A stretch of DNA of 64,000 nt. It comes from Bacteroidota bacterium (GTDB taxonomy: Bacteria > Bacteroidota > Bacteroidia > Bacteroidales > JAADGE01). Within the stretch, counting starts at the first letter, position 1, and each line of letters opens with the position of its first letter. The DNA is taken from the NCBI GenBank assembly GCA_024277895.1, contig JAJRUH010000125.1:1325-65324 (forward strand). The letters run 5' to 3'. Below the pieces are notes generated by a model. It had not been told where the DNA came from. It ran no database searches and saw only the letters and a program-made list of their open reading frames with translations. A program made the translations under genes and the position numbers. Below are positions 46,450-56,988 of this stretch, in pieces.

Positions 46450-47268
46450 ATGCGATATACTTTAATTATTGTTGCTTTATTTTTCGGCTTATACACTTCG
46501 GCTCAAAAATCTGTTTCCGGAAGAGTAACAAAAAGAGGCGGCGGAATTTTGGCAGGAGCAAAAATTTCGGCAAAAGATGCTCCTTCAATTTTTACTTTAA
46601 GTAACGAACACGGACAGTATAAAATTGATATTCCCGAAGAAGTCAGCAATTTGATTTTTTCTTATTCCGGAATGGCTGACAAAACAGTTAAAATTAAGGA
46701 TTTTACAAACATCAACGTTAAGCTGACTCCGGCTCAATACAAAAAATTTCGATACGGATTCGGGATGTCTCTCGGCACATCACGTTTTTTAGTATTTACG
46801 GACGGAGTTAATAACACATCGGATACAACAAAAATTATTTTAACACCGATATCACTGCATGCCGATTTTTTTTACAGATTTCATAAGAATTTTGAACTGC
46901 AGACTGTTTTTGAAGACGGTTTAAATTTTGTAAAGTTAATAGATACATCTGCCGTTACAAATAATACAATATTAAACAGATTCACATTTTCTTTACTTAT
47001 AAATTATCATATTAAGCTTGACAGAACCGGCAATCATTCGTTTTTTGCAGGTTTCGGACCTCAATACCAGCATTTAAGTTCTTTGAATACAAATGCCGTC
47101 GGTGTACGTTTTCAAACCGGTGTAAATATTAACAATTACGGAAAAACGACAAAATTATTTTTAGCCGTCGATGTATCAAACGGCAAATTCGGTTCGAAAA
47201 ATATTTATGTTCCGGGTTTACCTTATAAATATTTGAGCAGCAGACTCGGAGTTACTTTTATTTTTTAA
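46450..47268 (+). CDS. Outer-membrane protein with CarboxypepD_reg-like N-domain and small beta-barrel
   Basis: Signal peptide, SGRVTKRGGGILAGAKISAKD...NEHGQYKIDIP, alternating beta pattern, and C-terminal ...LGVTFIF. Confidence 0.45.
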   Translation: MRYTLIIVALFFGLYTSAQKSVSGRVTKRGGGILAGAKISAKDAPSIFTLSNEHGQYKIDIPEEVSNLIFSYSGMADKTVKIKDFTNINVKLTPAQYKKFRYGFGMSLGTSRFLVFTDGVNNTSDTTKIILTPISLHADFFYRFHKNFELQTVFEDGLNFVKLIDTSAVTNNTILNRFTFSLLINYHIKLDRTGNHSFFAGFGPQYQHLSSLNTNAVGVRFQTGVNINNYGKTTKLFLAVDVSNGKFGSKNIYVPGLPYKYLSSRLGVTFIF

Positions 47269-47920
47269 GCATTTTTTTCATATTTTCATATTCTTCCGAC
47301 ACATCGGCATTCTGAATACCTGAATATAAATCCTCGGAATGTGTATTTAAAAAGTCTCCTTTTTCTTCTTGTTTTAAAAGATTTTCTTTTAGTTTTTCCA
47401 GTCGTTTCAGTACTCCGGAGTCTCCGTAAAAAAAATCACTGATTTTATCTCTTCCGGAAGATTCCGAATGGGATTTTAAAAATTTATATTCACTTTCGTA
47501 ATGGTCAATTTTGAGTCGTAAATCTTCAATTTTATCTTTTAAAAGTACTATTTCTTCATTATATTTCGGGATATTGGCTAAAACTGTTGCCAAGCGTTTT
47601 TCATACGATTTTTTAAATTTCAAAGCATTCATTGCAATTGTTTCGGCTGTTTTTTCGGATATTGAACTGTCTCCGGCATTTTTTACGGCATCTTCTGCTT
47701 TTTTAATATACTTCTGAATTTGTTCTTTGTATTCAACACTGTCTTTTTCTGCTCTTATTTTTAAGGCATTAAAATGTGCTGTTAAATTTTCTGTTTCTTT
47801 TAAATATGCTTTTAAATTGTTAAGCTCTTTTTCAAATTCTTTTAGGGGGCTTTGAGCTTTTTTCTTAATATCATTAAAAAACTTTTCCCCTTTGTCGTAT
47901 GTTTTTCTTATAATTCCCAT
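47258..47920 (-). CDS. PspA/IM30-like coiled-coil protein (YjfJ-like)
   Basis: 220 aa, almost entirely heptad-like coiled coil. It starts MGIIRK like PspA proteins and follows a YjfI-like small gene. Confidence 0.45.
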   Translation of the reverse strand: MGIIRKTYDKGEKFFNDIKKKAQSPLKEFEKELNNLKAYLKETENLTAHFNALKIRAEKDSVEYKEQIQKYIKKAEDAVKNAGDSSISEKTAETIAMNALKFKKSYEKRLATVLANIPKYNEEIVLLKDKIEDLRLKIDHYESEYKFLKSHSESSGRDKISDFFYGDSGVLKRLEKLKENLLKQEEKGDFLNTHSEDLYSGIQNADVSEEYENMKKMLKK

Positions 47921-47999
47921 AGTGTTTTTTTAAGACAAAATGCCGAGCAATTCAGTATTTCACATTATCGTTCGGCACTTTCAATATGTTTATAAAAAA

Positions 48000-48392
48000 T
48001 CAGGCAGAGAATTTGATAATTTCCTTCGAATATTCTCCTAATAATAATGATAATGAATTCAATGAGCCTGCTAATTCGTTCAAATCAAGGTTTTCGACTT
48101 GCAGTGTGTCTCTGAATAAAACATTTTTACCGTCATCACTTAAAACAAATGCACCGTGGAGAATATCGTGATTTTTCTTTAATAATGCCTTATACATTTC
48201 GATATCGTCATTTTTAACTTTGAAAAGAAGTTGTTCCATAATTAAAATAGGGTCGTCAACAACAATTACCATATTTTTAATACCTTCATCTTCCTTATCA
48301 ATTACAAAAAAACCTTCTCCTTCACTTTCATTAATAATTGAATAGCTTAATTCATTCAAATATTCTTTAATTTTCGAGAAATAATTACTCAT
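48000..48392 (-). CDS. Small acidic YbjN/YjfI-like (DUF2170-type) protein
   Basis: 130 aa, acidic. The pattern ...PILIMEQLLFKV...LHGAFVLSDDGKNVLFRDTLQVENLDLNEL... and its pairing with a PspA-like gene recall E. coli yjfI-yjfJ. The assignment is from memory. Confidence 0.35.
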   Translation of the reverse strand: MSNYFSKIKEYLNELSYSIINESEGEGFFVIDKEDEGIKNMVIVVDDPILIMEQLLFKVKNDDIEMYKALLKKNHDILHGAFVLSDDGKNVLFRDTLQVENLDLNELAGSLNSLSLLLGEYSKEIIKFSA

Positions 48393-48480
48393 AATACGTC
48401 AATTTTGATTAATATTTATTTTAGCATTCAAATATAAGAATTTGTTTGTAAAAACGGAAATTAAACTTATAAAATTATTG

Positions 48481-49035
48481 TTATTGCAGTGAAGGAAAAA
48501 AGCCGACGGTGTCTAACTTTAATACAGGAGTAGATTGAATATTACTTTTATGTAATTTTCTGTCAACAATATAAAAATCAAAATAAATTGAATCATAGGG
48601 AAGATTTCCGTCTCCGTTGTATGAAAAATTAATGTTAATATATAAATCGGCAATCAATGTTTTATTTTGACCTTGCGGCTCAACATAAGGAATTCTGAAA
48701 TTTCGCTGTTTGCTTGAATCCACTTTTATTGTATCACCGTTTATTATTTCATAGAGTGTTGTAAATAAATCATTTGAATACAAGCTGTCGGGATGAAAAA
48801 TACCTGCACTGTCACTTTCTTCAAGGCCGATATCACCGTCGCCGTCAATTAATCCGAATTTCAAACGATAAACTTTATTTGTATTACCCAGCAAATCAAC
48901 AGAATCTTTCAACTGAACCTGTTCAAACTGAATTTGCGGTTCCGGAGGGTATTGTTTCGGCTTCGGGCAAGCTGTTAATACAGTTAAAAATATAATTAAT
49001 AAAAAAATAATACGATATTTACTTTTTAAATACAT
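48481..49035 (-). CDS. Hypothetical lipoprotein
   Basis: Lipobox LTAC. Its ATG overlaps the der stop codon by one base (TAATG). Confidence 0.4.
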   Translation of the reverse strand: MYLKSKYRIIFLLIIFLTVLTACPKPKQYPPEPQIQFEQVQLKDSVDLLGNTNKVYRLKFGLIDGDGDIGLEESDSAGIFHPDSLYSNDLFTTLYEIINGDTIKVDSSKQRNFRIPYVEPQGQNKTLIADLYININFSYNGDGNLPYDSIYFDFYIVDRKLHKSNIQSTPVLKLDTVGFFPSLQ

Positions 49036-50357
49036 TATCTTTTTTCTTTCTTTTTATTCCTGAAAAACAGTTTTAAAGGCACACCGTTAAAATCATAATG
49101 TTCTCGCAATCTGTTTTCTAAAAATCGTTTATATGATTCTTTTACATAATTCGGCATATTACAAAAAAATGCAAATGTAGGCGAATATGTCGGTAATTGT
49201 GTAACGAATTTTATTTTAATATATTTTCCTTTGTGTGTCGGCGGCGGATTATTTTCGATTTCTTCCAGCATCACTCTGTTTAGTTCGGCAGTAGGAATTC
49301 TTCTTTTTCTGTTTTTATAAACGTGTAAAGCTGTTTCAATTGCTTTATAAATACGTTGTTTTGTTAATGCTGAAACAAATAAAACCGGCACATCATTAAA
49401 CGGAGCCAATTTTTCTCTTACTTCTGCCTCATATTTTTTTAAAGTATTTGTTTCTTTTTGCAGTAAATCCCATTTATTTATAAGGACTACAACTCCTTTG
49501 CTGTTTTTTATAATAAGATTAAATATAGCCAAATCCTGTGCTTCTACACTTCTTTCCGCATCAATCATTAATAAACAAACATCGGAATGTTCAATTGCTT
49601 TTACGGCACGCATAACCGAGTAATACTCAATATCTTCAAAAACTTTATTTTTTTTTCGTATACCTGCAGTATCTACCAAAACAAATTCATAACCGAATTT
49701 ATTGAAACGCGTATTAACCGTATCTCTTGTTGTGCCTGAAATATCGGTTACAATATTTCGTTCTTCTCCGAGAAAAGTATTAATTAACGAGGATTTTCCG
49801 GCATTCGGTCTGCCCACAATCGCAAATTTGGGTAATTCCTCTTCTTCTTCATTAATTTCGTAGGCAGGAAATGCTTTTACAACCTCATCCAATAAATCTC
49901 CGGTTCCGGAACCGTTTATTGATGAAATATTATACAGCTCTTTCAAACCGAATTTATAAAAAACATGAGATTCGTATTGTAAATTTGAATTATCTACTTT
50001 ATTAACAATTAAAAAAACCGGCTTTGTAGTTTTTCTCAGCATTTTAGCTACCGACTCATCTAAATCCGTAATTCCTGTAGTAACATCAACCACAAATAAA
50101 ATAACATCTGCTTCTTCAACGGCAATTAATACCTGTTTTCTTATTTCTTCTTCAAAAATATCATCCGACCCGTGAACATAACCTCCGGTATCTATTACCG
50201 AAAATTGTTTCCCGTTCCACTCCGATTGTCCGTAATGTCGATCTCTGGTAACACCGCTCGACTCATGAATTATTGCTTTCTTTTGCTGTGTCAAACGATT
50301 AAAAAGAGTGGATTTACCTACATTAGGTCTCCCTACTATTGCTGCAATATTTGCCAT
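49035..50357 (-). CDS. der: Ribosome-biogenesis GTPase Der (EngA)
   Basis: Trimmed to [22 protein letters not shown]. Two G domains ([18 protein letters not shown]; DTGG, DTAG; NKVD, NKWD) and a KH-like C-terminus. Confidence 0.9.
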   Translation of the reverse strand: MANIAAIVGRPNVGKSTLFNRLTQQKKAIIHESSGVTRDRHYGQSEWNGKQFSVIDTGGYVHGSDDIFEEEIRKQVLIAVEEADVILFVVDVTTGITDLDESVAKMLRKTTKPVFLIVNKVDNSNLQYESHVFYKFGLKELYNISSINGSGTGDLLDEVVKAFPAYEINEEEEELPKFAIVGRPNAGKSSLINTFLGEERNIVTDISGTTRDTVNTRFNKFGYEFVLVDTAGIRKKNKVFEDIEYYSVMRAVKAIEHSDVCLLMIDAERSVEAQDLAIFNLIIKNSKGVVVLINKWDLLQKETNTLKKYEAEVREKLAPFNDVPVLFVSALTKQRIYKAIETALHVYKNRKRRIPTAELNRVMLEEIENNPPPTHKGKYIKIKFVTQLPTYSPTFAFFCNMPNYVKESYKRFLENRLREHYDFNGVPLKLFFRNKKKEKR

Positions 50358-50493
50358 ACTTTGGTATATATTTTGCAAAGATAAGAAAATTAAGATGAAT
50401 AACAGGAGTAAAAAATTTCAATTCTCTTAAAATTTATTTTAAAACAGAATAAAAAATATCTATGAAACATTATGATTTTAAATTATTTATATA

Positions 50494-50501
50494 TAAATTT
50501 G
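50494..50501 (+). promoter_or_regulatory. -7 promoter box TAAATTTG
   Basis: TAnnTTTG upstream of the M23 peptidase gene. Confidence 0.3.
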
Positions 50502-50568
50502 CGAATTATTTCAAACAACCGACTAAACAATAAAATTACTATGGCTTTAATTTTTTAATAATAATGTC

Positions 50569-51546
50569 ATGAGAGCGAAAAAATATCAATTTAATCCTGA
50601 TACGTTAACTTATGAACTTCAAAAGCCTGAGTTTTCGAGAATGTTCTTCAAATCATTCTTGCCTAAGTTCCTTGTTTCTTTGGCTGTAGGCATTTTGTTC
50701 TTTTATGTTTTTTCTGTTTATATTAAAAGTCCGGATGATTTTTTGGCATATGAAAACAGTAATGTTTTAAAACTGAAATATGAGCTTCTTAATAAAGAAC
50801 TTGACTATACTGTTAAAACCTTAGCAGAGCTTCAACATCGCGATGATGATGTTTACAGAATGATATTTCAAACCGAACCCATTCCTGCATCAAAAAGAAG
50901 AGCCGGTTTTGGAGGCAGCACTCGGCCTAAAATATTTACAAATATAGAAAACTCTGATTTACTGAACAGTACCATTCAAAAAACTGATATATTATCAAAA
51001 GTTATGTTGGTTCAATCCGAATCTTACAATGAACTCTTTGATTTGGTTAAAAATACCGAAAAATTAGCTTCTTGTATACCTGCCATTCAGCCAATAGCTT
51101 TAGATGACTTAACTCGATTCGGATCTTCTTTCGGAATGAGATTTCATCCCATATTAAAAATTTGGAGAATGCATGACGGTGTTGATTTAACTGCTCCGAG
51201 AGGCACTAAAATACATGCTGCCGGTGACGGTATTGTTTTCAGAGCATCTAATTCACACGGAGGATACGGAAATGTTGTTAAAATAAATCACGGATTCGGA
51301 TATGTTACGGTATATGCTCATATGAGTAAGATACTTGTTCGTCCCGGTCAGCGTGTAAAACGAGGTGATGTTATCGGATTAGTTGGAAGTACAGGTTTAT
51401 CGGAAGCTCCTCATTTACATTATGAAGTACGAATTAACGGTCGTCCGGTAAATCCGATTAATTTTTATTATGAAGATTTAACAGATGCAGAATATTACAA
51501 AATGATTGAAGCTTCTTCAAAAGCAGAGACACATATTTATGAATAA
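50569..51546 (+). CDS. M23-family peptidoglycan metalloendopeptidase
   Basis: N-terminal membrane anchor and coiled coil. HDGVDL, GDGIV and GSTGLSEAPHLHYEVRINGRPVNP. Confidence 0.8.
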   Translation: MRAKKYQFNPDTLTYELQKPEFSRMFFKSFLPKFLVSLAVGILFFYVFSVYIKSPDDFLAYENSNVLKLKYELLNKELDYTVKTLAELQHRDDDVYRMIFQTEPIPASKRRAGFGGSTRPKIFTNIENSDLLNSTIQKTDILSKVMLVQSESYNELFDLVKNTEKLASCIPAIQPIALDDLTRFGSSFGMRFHPILKIWRMHDGVDLTAPRGTKIHAAGDGIVFRASNSHGGYGNVVKINHGFGYVTVYAHMSKILVRPGQRVKRGDVIGLVGSTGLSEAPHLHYEVRINGRPVNPINFYYEDLTDAEYYKMIEASSKAETHIYE

Positions 51547-51570
51547 ATAAATTCGGGAGATTTTTTAAAA

Positions 51571-51609
51571 AAACTCTTCAATTCCTGTTTATCTGAAGAG
51601 TTTTTTTTG
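51571..51609 (+). terminator. Rho-independent terminator
   Basis: 10-bp stem AAACTCTTCA / TGAAGAGTTT followed by a T run. Confidence 0.7.
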
Positions 51610-51657
51610 AACATAAATGATTTTAATTTTACAAATTCAATACGATATAATAAAAGA

Positions 51658-52677
51658 ATGGGATTATTCAGCTTTTTAAATAAAGAAATTGCCATGGATT
51701 TAGGCACGGCGAACACAATCATAATTGAAAATGACAAAATTGTTGTAGATGAGCCGTCAATTGTTGCTATAGGAGAAGGCGATAAATTAATTGCTTTGGG
51801 ACATAAAGCGAGGCAAATGCACGGAAAAACACATGAAGGAATCAGAACAATAAGACCTTTAAGAGACGGAGTGATTGCTGATTTTATGGCAGCTGAATTA
51901 ATGATTCGCGAAATGATAAAAATCGGAACTTCAAAATCTAAGTTTTTTTCTCCTTCTTTAAAATTAGTTGTTTGCATCCCTTCGGGAAGTACTGAAGTTG
52001 AAATAAGAGCGGTAAGAGATTCCTCAGAACATGCCGGTGCGAGAGAAGTTTATATGATTTATGAACCGATGGCTGCAGCTTTGGGAATGGGTGTTGATGT
52101 TCAAGCTCCTTCCGGAAATATGGTTGTCGATATCGGCGGGGGAACAACTGAAATTGCCGTAATTTCATTAGGCGGTATAGTCAGTAATAAATCCATTCGC
52201 ATTGCAGGTGATGATTTTACTCAAGATATTCGTGAATATATGCGACACCAACACAATATTAAAATTGGCGAACGCACAGCAGAAAAAATTAAAATTGAAG
52301 TCGGAGCTGCAATGGATGATATTGATAATGTTCCTGATAAATTTATAGTAAGAGGACCGCATCAAATGACGGCATTACCGATTGAAATTCCAGTTTCACA
52401 TGAAGAAATTGCTCATTGCCTTGATAAATCTCTTGCAAAATTAGAATTAGCAATTATTAATGTTTTAGAAAAAACACCGCCTGAATTATATGCCGATGTT
52501 CATCTGAAAGGAATATTTTTAACAGGAGGCGGTGCTCTGTTAAGAGGCATAGATAAGCGATTAACAGAAAAAACAAATATTAAATTCCATATTGCAGAAG
52601 ACCCGCTACATGCCGTAGCAAGAGGTACAGGAATTGCGTTAAGGAATATTGAAAATTTTAAATTTTTGATGCGTTAA
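51658..52677 (+). CDS. mreB: Rod-shape-determining protein MreB
   Basis: Trimmed to ATG 51658 (MGLFSFLNKEIAMDLGTANTII...). Actin-fold motifs DLGTANT, VVDIGGGTTE and LTGGGALLRG. Confidence 0.9.
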   Translation: MGLFSFLNKEIAMDLGTANTIIIENDKIVVDEPSIVAIGEGDKLIALGHKARQMHGKTHEGIRTIRPLRDGVIADFMAAELMIREMIKIGTSKSKFFSPSLKLVVCIPSGSTEVEIRAVRDSSEHAGAREVYMIYEPMAAALGMGVDVQAPSGNMVVDIGGGTTEIAVISLGGIVSNKSIRIAGDDFTQDIREYMRHQHNIKIGERTAEKIKIEVGAAMDDIDNVPDKFIVRGPHQMTALPIEIPVSHEEIAHCLDKSLAKLELAIINVLEKTPPELYADVHLKGIFLTGGGALLRGIDKRLTEKTNIKFHIAEDPLHAVARGTGIALRNIENFKFLMR

Positions 52678-52708
52678 AATTTTTTATTGAGTATGATCGA
52701 GAAATAAT

Positions 52709-53545
52709 ATGAAAGAATTTATTAATTTTATAAAAAGTGCTCATTTTTTTCTTTTATTTCTTGTTTTAGAATCTTTTTCAATTTTTTTAATTGTAAAAAA
52801 TACAGATAAAAAACTTGTATTCTTAAATTCTGCCAATTCTGTTTCAGGTTTTTTTCATAAAGAAAGTTCATATATCTCAGACTATTTTTCTTTAAGAACT
52901 GATAACCAAAGATTAATAAAAGAAAACAATCGCCTGAAAAATTATATTACTCTGTTAAAACCTAAAAAACATCTGTTCTCTGCAGATTTAGAAAATATCG
53001 GTTATTATTATAAATATGCAGAAGTTGTAAAAAATTCCGTAAACAAACCGAATAATATCCTTACGGTAAACAAAGGAAGTTCTGACGGAATATATGAAAA
53101 CATGGCTGTTGTTTCTGATGAAGGCATTGTAGGCATTACAGCAATAATCGGGAAAAGATATACAACCGTAATTTCTGTTTTAAATTCCAAATTGGGAATA
53201 AGTGCAAAAATTAAACGAACAGGTTTTCACGGAATTATTAAATGGGACGAAAAAAATCCTGAATATGTTTTATTAACCGATATTCCGGTTTACACATCTT
53301 TGTATAAAGGTGATGAAGTTGTTACAGGAGGTTATTCAGCAATATTTCCGGAAGGGATGAAAATAGGAACTGTTTCAGAATTTAAAAAAGACAAACAAAG
53401 CACTTTCTTTATTATAAAGGTTAAATTAAGTCAAGATTTCAGAAAACTCAACAATGTCTATTTAGTTGACTACAAGGGACGTAAGGAACGTATTCAAATA
53501 GAAGACAGTACTTTTGCCCGTTACCGATTCAATAATTCTGATTAA
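52709..53545 (+). CDS. mreC: Rod-shape-determining protein MreC
   Basis: 278 aa immediately after mreB. N-terminal anchor, coiled coil ...NQRLIKENNRLKN..., and beta-rich C-domain with GSSDGI and GDEVVTGG. Confidence 0.8.
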   Translation: MKEFINFIKSAHFFLLFLVLESFSIFLIVKNTDKKLVFLNSANSVSGFFHKESSYISDYFSLRTDNQRLIKENNRLKNYITLLKPKKHLFSADLENIGYYYKYAEVVKNSVNKPNNILTVNKGSSDGIYENMAVVSDEGIVGITAIIGKRYTTVISVLNSKLGISAKIKRTGFHGIIKWDEKNPEYVLLTDIPVYTSLYKGDEVVTGGYSAIFPEGMKIGTVSEFKKDKQSTFFIIKVKLSQDFRKLNNVYLVDYKGRKERIQIEDSTFARYRFNNSD

Positions 53546-55968
53546 TAAGTAAATCTATAAGAATAAGTGATTGTCGGGAAAAAAGGCAAATTTGTATATT
53601 TTACAAGTTGATTGGTTGCACTGTTCGTTAAAACACTTCTTTTATAATCAATTAAATCAGGATTCTTGCGATTATACACATTATATATATGTATGCCGAA
53701 AGAATTATTATTGAGCTTATAATCGGCACCAATATCCAAACGATGGTATGCCGGTAACCTGAAATCATTTCTTGTAAACGGAGCACCTTGTATATAATCC
53801 GTTAAATACATTGTACTTGCATCGGGAACCGTACCCGTTCCGAGTCTTCCGTTATTATATTCGTAAGGAATGTAATATTGTTTTTTTAAAGTTACGTATT
53901 TCCCCGATTGATAAGTCCAATTCAGAAAAAAGTTTAAATTTTCATTTAAGGCATAAGTTAATTTCAGGTTAAAATCATGCCTGCTGTTATTTCGGTATGA
54001 ATAAGATTCTCCGAAATTAATATTGTCTGATTTCAGCATAAAATCGGAAATTGTATGCCCTATATTAATTTCAAAACCTTTGTATTTTTTATATAATACG
54101 ATTCTTATTCCGGTATAATTTCCGGTAGCGAGAGTTACTCTTTCGTCAGTATTCATTCCTGTTAAGATAACTTTTCCCGGAAAATCAAAATAGCTGAAAT
54201 TATCTTTATATTCAAGCATATTTGCAATATTATCATAAAACAAGGTTCCTTTAAGTTTTATATCAAAGGGCAAATTCAAATTCGCTCCGACTGCAAAATG
54301 ATTTGTTATCTGCGGTAAAATATTTTTTGATTACGGAATAAAAATATCGGCACTTAAACCGGCATCACTTCCGGAAAGATAATGAACATACTCTTTATGA
54401 TACGCATATGCCGCATGAATCGATAAAAATTTAAAAACTCTGTAATCAGCGAATATTCGCGGTTCTACAGAAAAATATGTATTTTTATTATTCACAAAAG
54501 CAGAAAAACGAATCCCTCCGTTTATCATTAAAATATCACTCACTTGAAATTTATCACGTGCATAAATCGCATATTCCTGTGCATTAACTGCATCCGCCAC
54601 CCAATTAGTATCAATATTATTCGGATGTTCAAAATCGTTTAATGTCAGTTCTGCATTTATCGGTCTGAAATGATAATTCTCTGCCTTCGCACCTAACAAT
54701 AATTTATGTTGATTATCAATATTATATGAGACATCTGATTTTAATGAAACATTACCGTTTCCGGAATGATAAACCGCATTATAACGATTTATATATGAAC
54801 TTGTTGAGCCTGTCAAACTTGTTGAATCACCGGTAAACGTATTTTTTAAGTCATATCGGCTGAATATTAATGCTGATGAAAAAATAAATTTTTCAGAAAA
54901 GATGTGTGTAAAACCCATGGTTGAAGCCGTGTTTCCGTAACTTGAAATAATATCTCGTTTTATACCGTAAGTATAAATACTGTCTTGAATTTCCTCCGAG
55001 ACTCCTGTTTTTAATCTGTTATAATTATGAAAAAAACTTACATAAAAGATATTTTTATCGTTTAATTTATGCGTATATTTCAAATTCAAATCCCAAAAAT
55101 TCGGTTGCGACCAATATTCTTCGCCTACACTGTTATCTTTCAAAAATAAATTCGTAAACGGATTGTTTAAATAGCTTTTTCGTGCCGAAACAAAAAACGA
55201 TGATTGGTTTTCAATAACAGGTCCCTGTGCACTGATACCGACACCGAACAGACTAAAATCAGTTGTTCCAGAATAATCGATCATACTACCCTCTTTAACT
55301 TTAATATCCAAAACCGGAGCAAGATGATTACCATATTCGGCAGGAAAATTTGCCGTATAAAAATTATAATCCTGTACACTTTTTTTAGTTATAAAGGGCA
55401 TCAGTCCGAAATATTGCTGCGGCATATATATTCGAGCCCCGTCAAGATAAATCATTTTTCCGAAAGCCCTGTTATTATCACTCAAAAATAACTTATCAAT
55501 TGTTTTCTTTTGGGTCTTTTTTATAGGGATTATAAATAATTTCGGTTGGAATGTATCCTTTTTATCGGCACCGCCGGCATAAATCAGTTTATTATTGCCG
55601 ATTAATTGATTTTTATCCGGTTTCCAATTAATGGAATCATCTTCTATTTTAACTTCAGAAATATCAGTTTCCGATACAAGATTGACAATTAAAGCCGTAT
55701 CATTTTTTAAGTTAATATCAAAAACCGTATCCCGATAACCGATATATGCAACTTTCAATAAAATATGCTTTTTCGAGAAATTTAAGCTGAAAAAACCTTC
55801 TGTATCTGTGGCAGTTCCAATCGTAACATCACCAAGTTCAAAAACAGCGGCACCCGGTATCGGTTCATTTGTCTTTGCATCTTTCACAATTCCGTTCACT
55901 GTAATTTCTTGCGAATATGTAAGTTGATACAGAAATATTAAAATAAAAATAAATGCACTTTTTTTCAT
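53542..55968 (-). pseudogene. TonB-dependent receptor with CarboxypepD_reg N-domain, interrupted by one in-frame TAA
   Basis: ORFs 54331..55968 and 53542..54279 are in the same frame (offset 789 = 263 codons), separated only by TAA at 54333-54331. The read-through sequence ...SADIFIP*SKNILPQITNHFAVGANLNLPFDIKL... is continuous receptor barrel. Total length is about 808 codons, ending ...TYSYRFTY. Confidence 0.7.
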
Positions 55969-56126
55969 CAGGGTTATTTTATTAAGTCTTTATTGTTTTT
56001 AAAACGTGAATAAATATTTTTAGTATGCAAAGATAAATTTTAAAAAGTTAAAAATATTTAAAATTTAACAGATGTATTTTTTTGTGAAATGTGATTAAAA
56101 TCACCGTGATGACATTTCTAAAATCA

Positions 56127-56134
56127 TATATTTG
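56127..56134 (+). promoter_or_regulatory. -7 promoter box TATATTTG
   Basis: TAnnTTTG 21 nt upstream of ATG 56155. Confidence 0.35.
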
Positions 56135-56154
56135 CACTATAATATCTTTAAATT

Positions 56155-56889
56155 ATGAAAAATACAATTCTGATATTGTTAATTTTGGTTATTGTTAAAA
56201 GTGCTTTCTCTCAAAACAGTTCAAAAGTAAATAACGGAGTTATTGAAGTTGATGCCGAAACTTTTGATAAACTGATACAAAAAAATGACGGGACTTTTTT
56301 GGATGTTCGTACAAAATCGGAATACGATGCCGAACATATTGCAGGTGCGGGACAATTAAATTTTTATGCACTTAATTTTAAGAAAAAATTGTTGATGCTT
56401 CCGAAAAATAAGCCGGTTTATTTGTATTGTAATACGGGATACAGAAGTCAAAAAGCCGGAGAATTTTTGGTAAAAAACGGATATACAAAGGTTTACAATG
56501 CTGAACACGGAATTATGGAAAGGAATTTAAAAGAACTTCCCGTTGTTGAAGGGGATAAATCGCAGCTTGACAAGGCAAATTTTATGACTGTTTCCGATTA
56601 TTCAAAATTAATAAATTCTGACACACTTGTTTTTATTGATTTTTATGCCCCTTGGTGCGGGCCTTGTCGTAAAATGATGCCTATGATTGACAGCTTAAAA
56701 ACTGAATATTACGGCAGAATTAAAATTGTAAAAGCAAATTCCGACGTAAGTAAAAAATTGGTGAAAGAGTTAAAACTTATAGGTGTTCCGTATCTGACTT
56801 TATACAGAAACGGTAAATTGTTGTTTGAAAAGTACGGATATATAACACGAAAAGAATTAGTAAAAGTTTTTGAGAAATTTCTAAAATAA
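56155..56889 (+). CDS. Secreted rhodanese-thioredoxin fusion protein
   Basis: Signal peptide, rhodanese domain with active-site loop CNTGYRS, and thioredoxin domain with WCGPC. Confidence 0.75.
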   Translation: MKNTILILLILVIVKSAFSQNSSKVNNGVIEVDAETFDKLIQKNDGTFLDVRTKSEYDAEHIAGAGQLNFYALNFKKKLLMLPKNKPVYLYCNTGYRSQKAGEFLVKNGYTKVYNAEHGIMERNLKELPVVEGDKSQLDKANFMTVSDYSKLINSDTLVFIDFYAPWCGPCRKMMPMIDSLKTEYYGRIKIVKANSDVSKKLVKELKLIGVPYLTLYRNGKLLFEKYGYITRKELVKVFEKFLK

Positions 56890-56988
56890 TATTGAGTTCG
56901 GGTTATTAAATTCTTTTCTGTTAATTTTATGCGGAAAACAGCGGAAAAATTTTTATAATTAGATACTTTTATGTCATAAAATAAGAAT

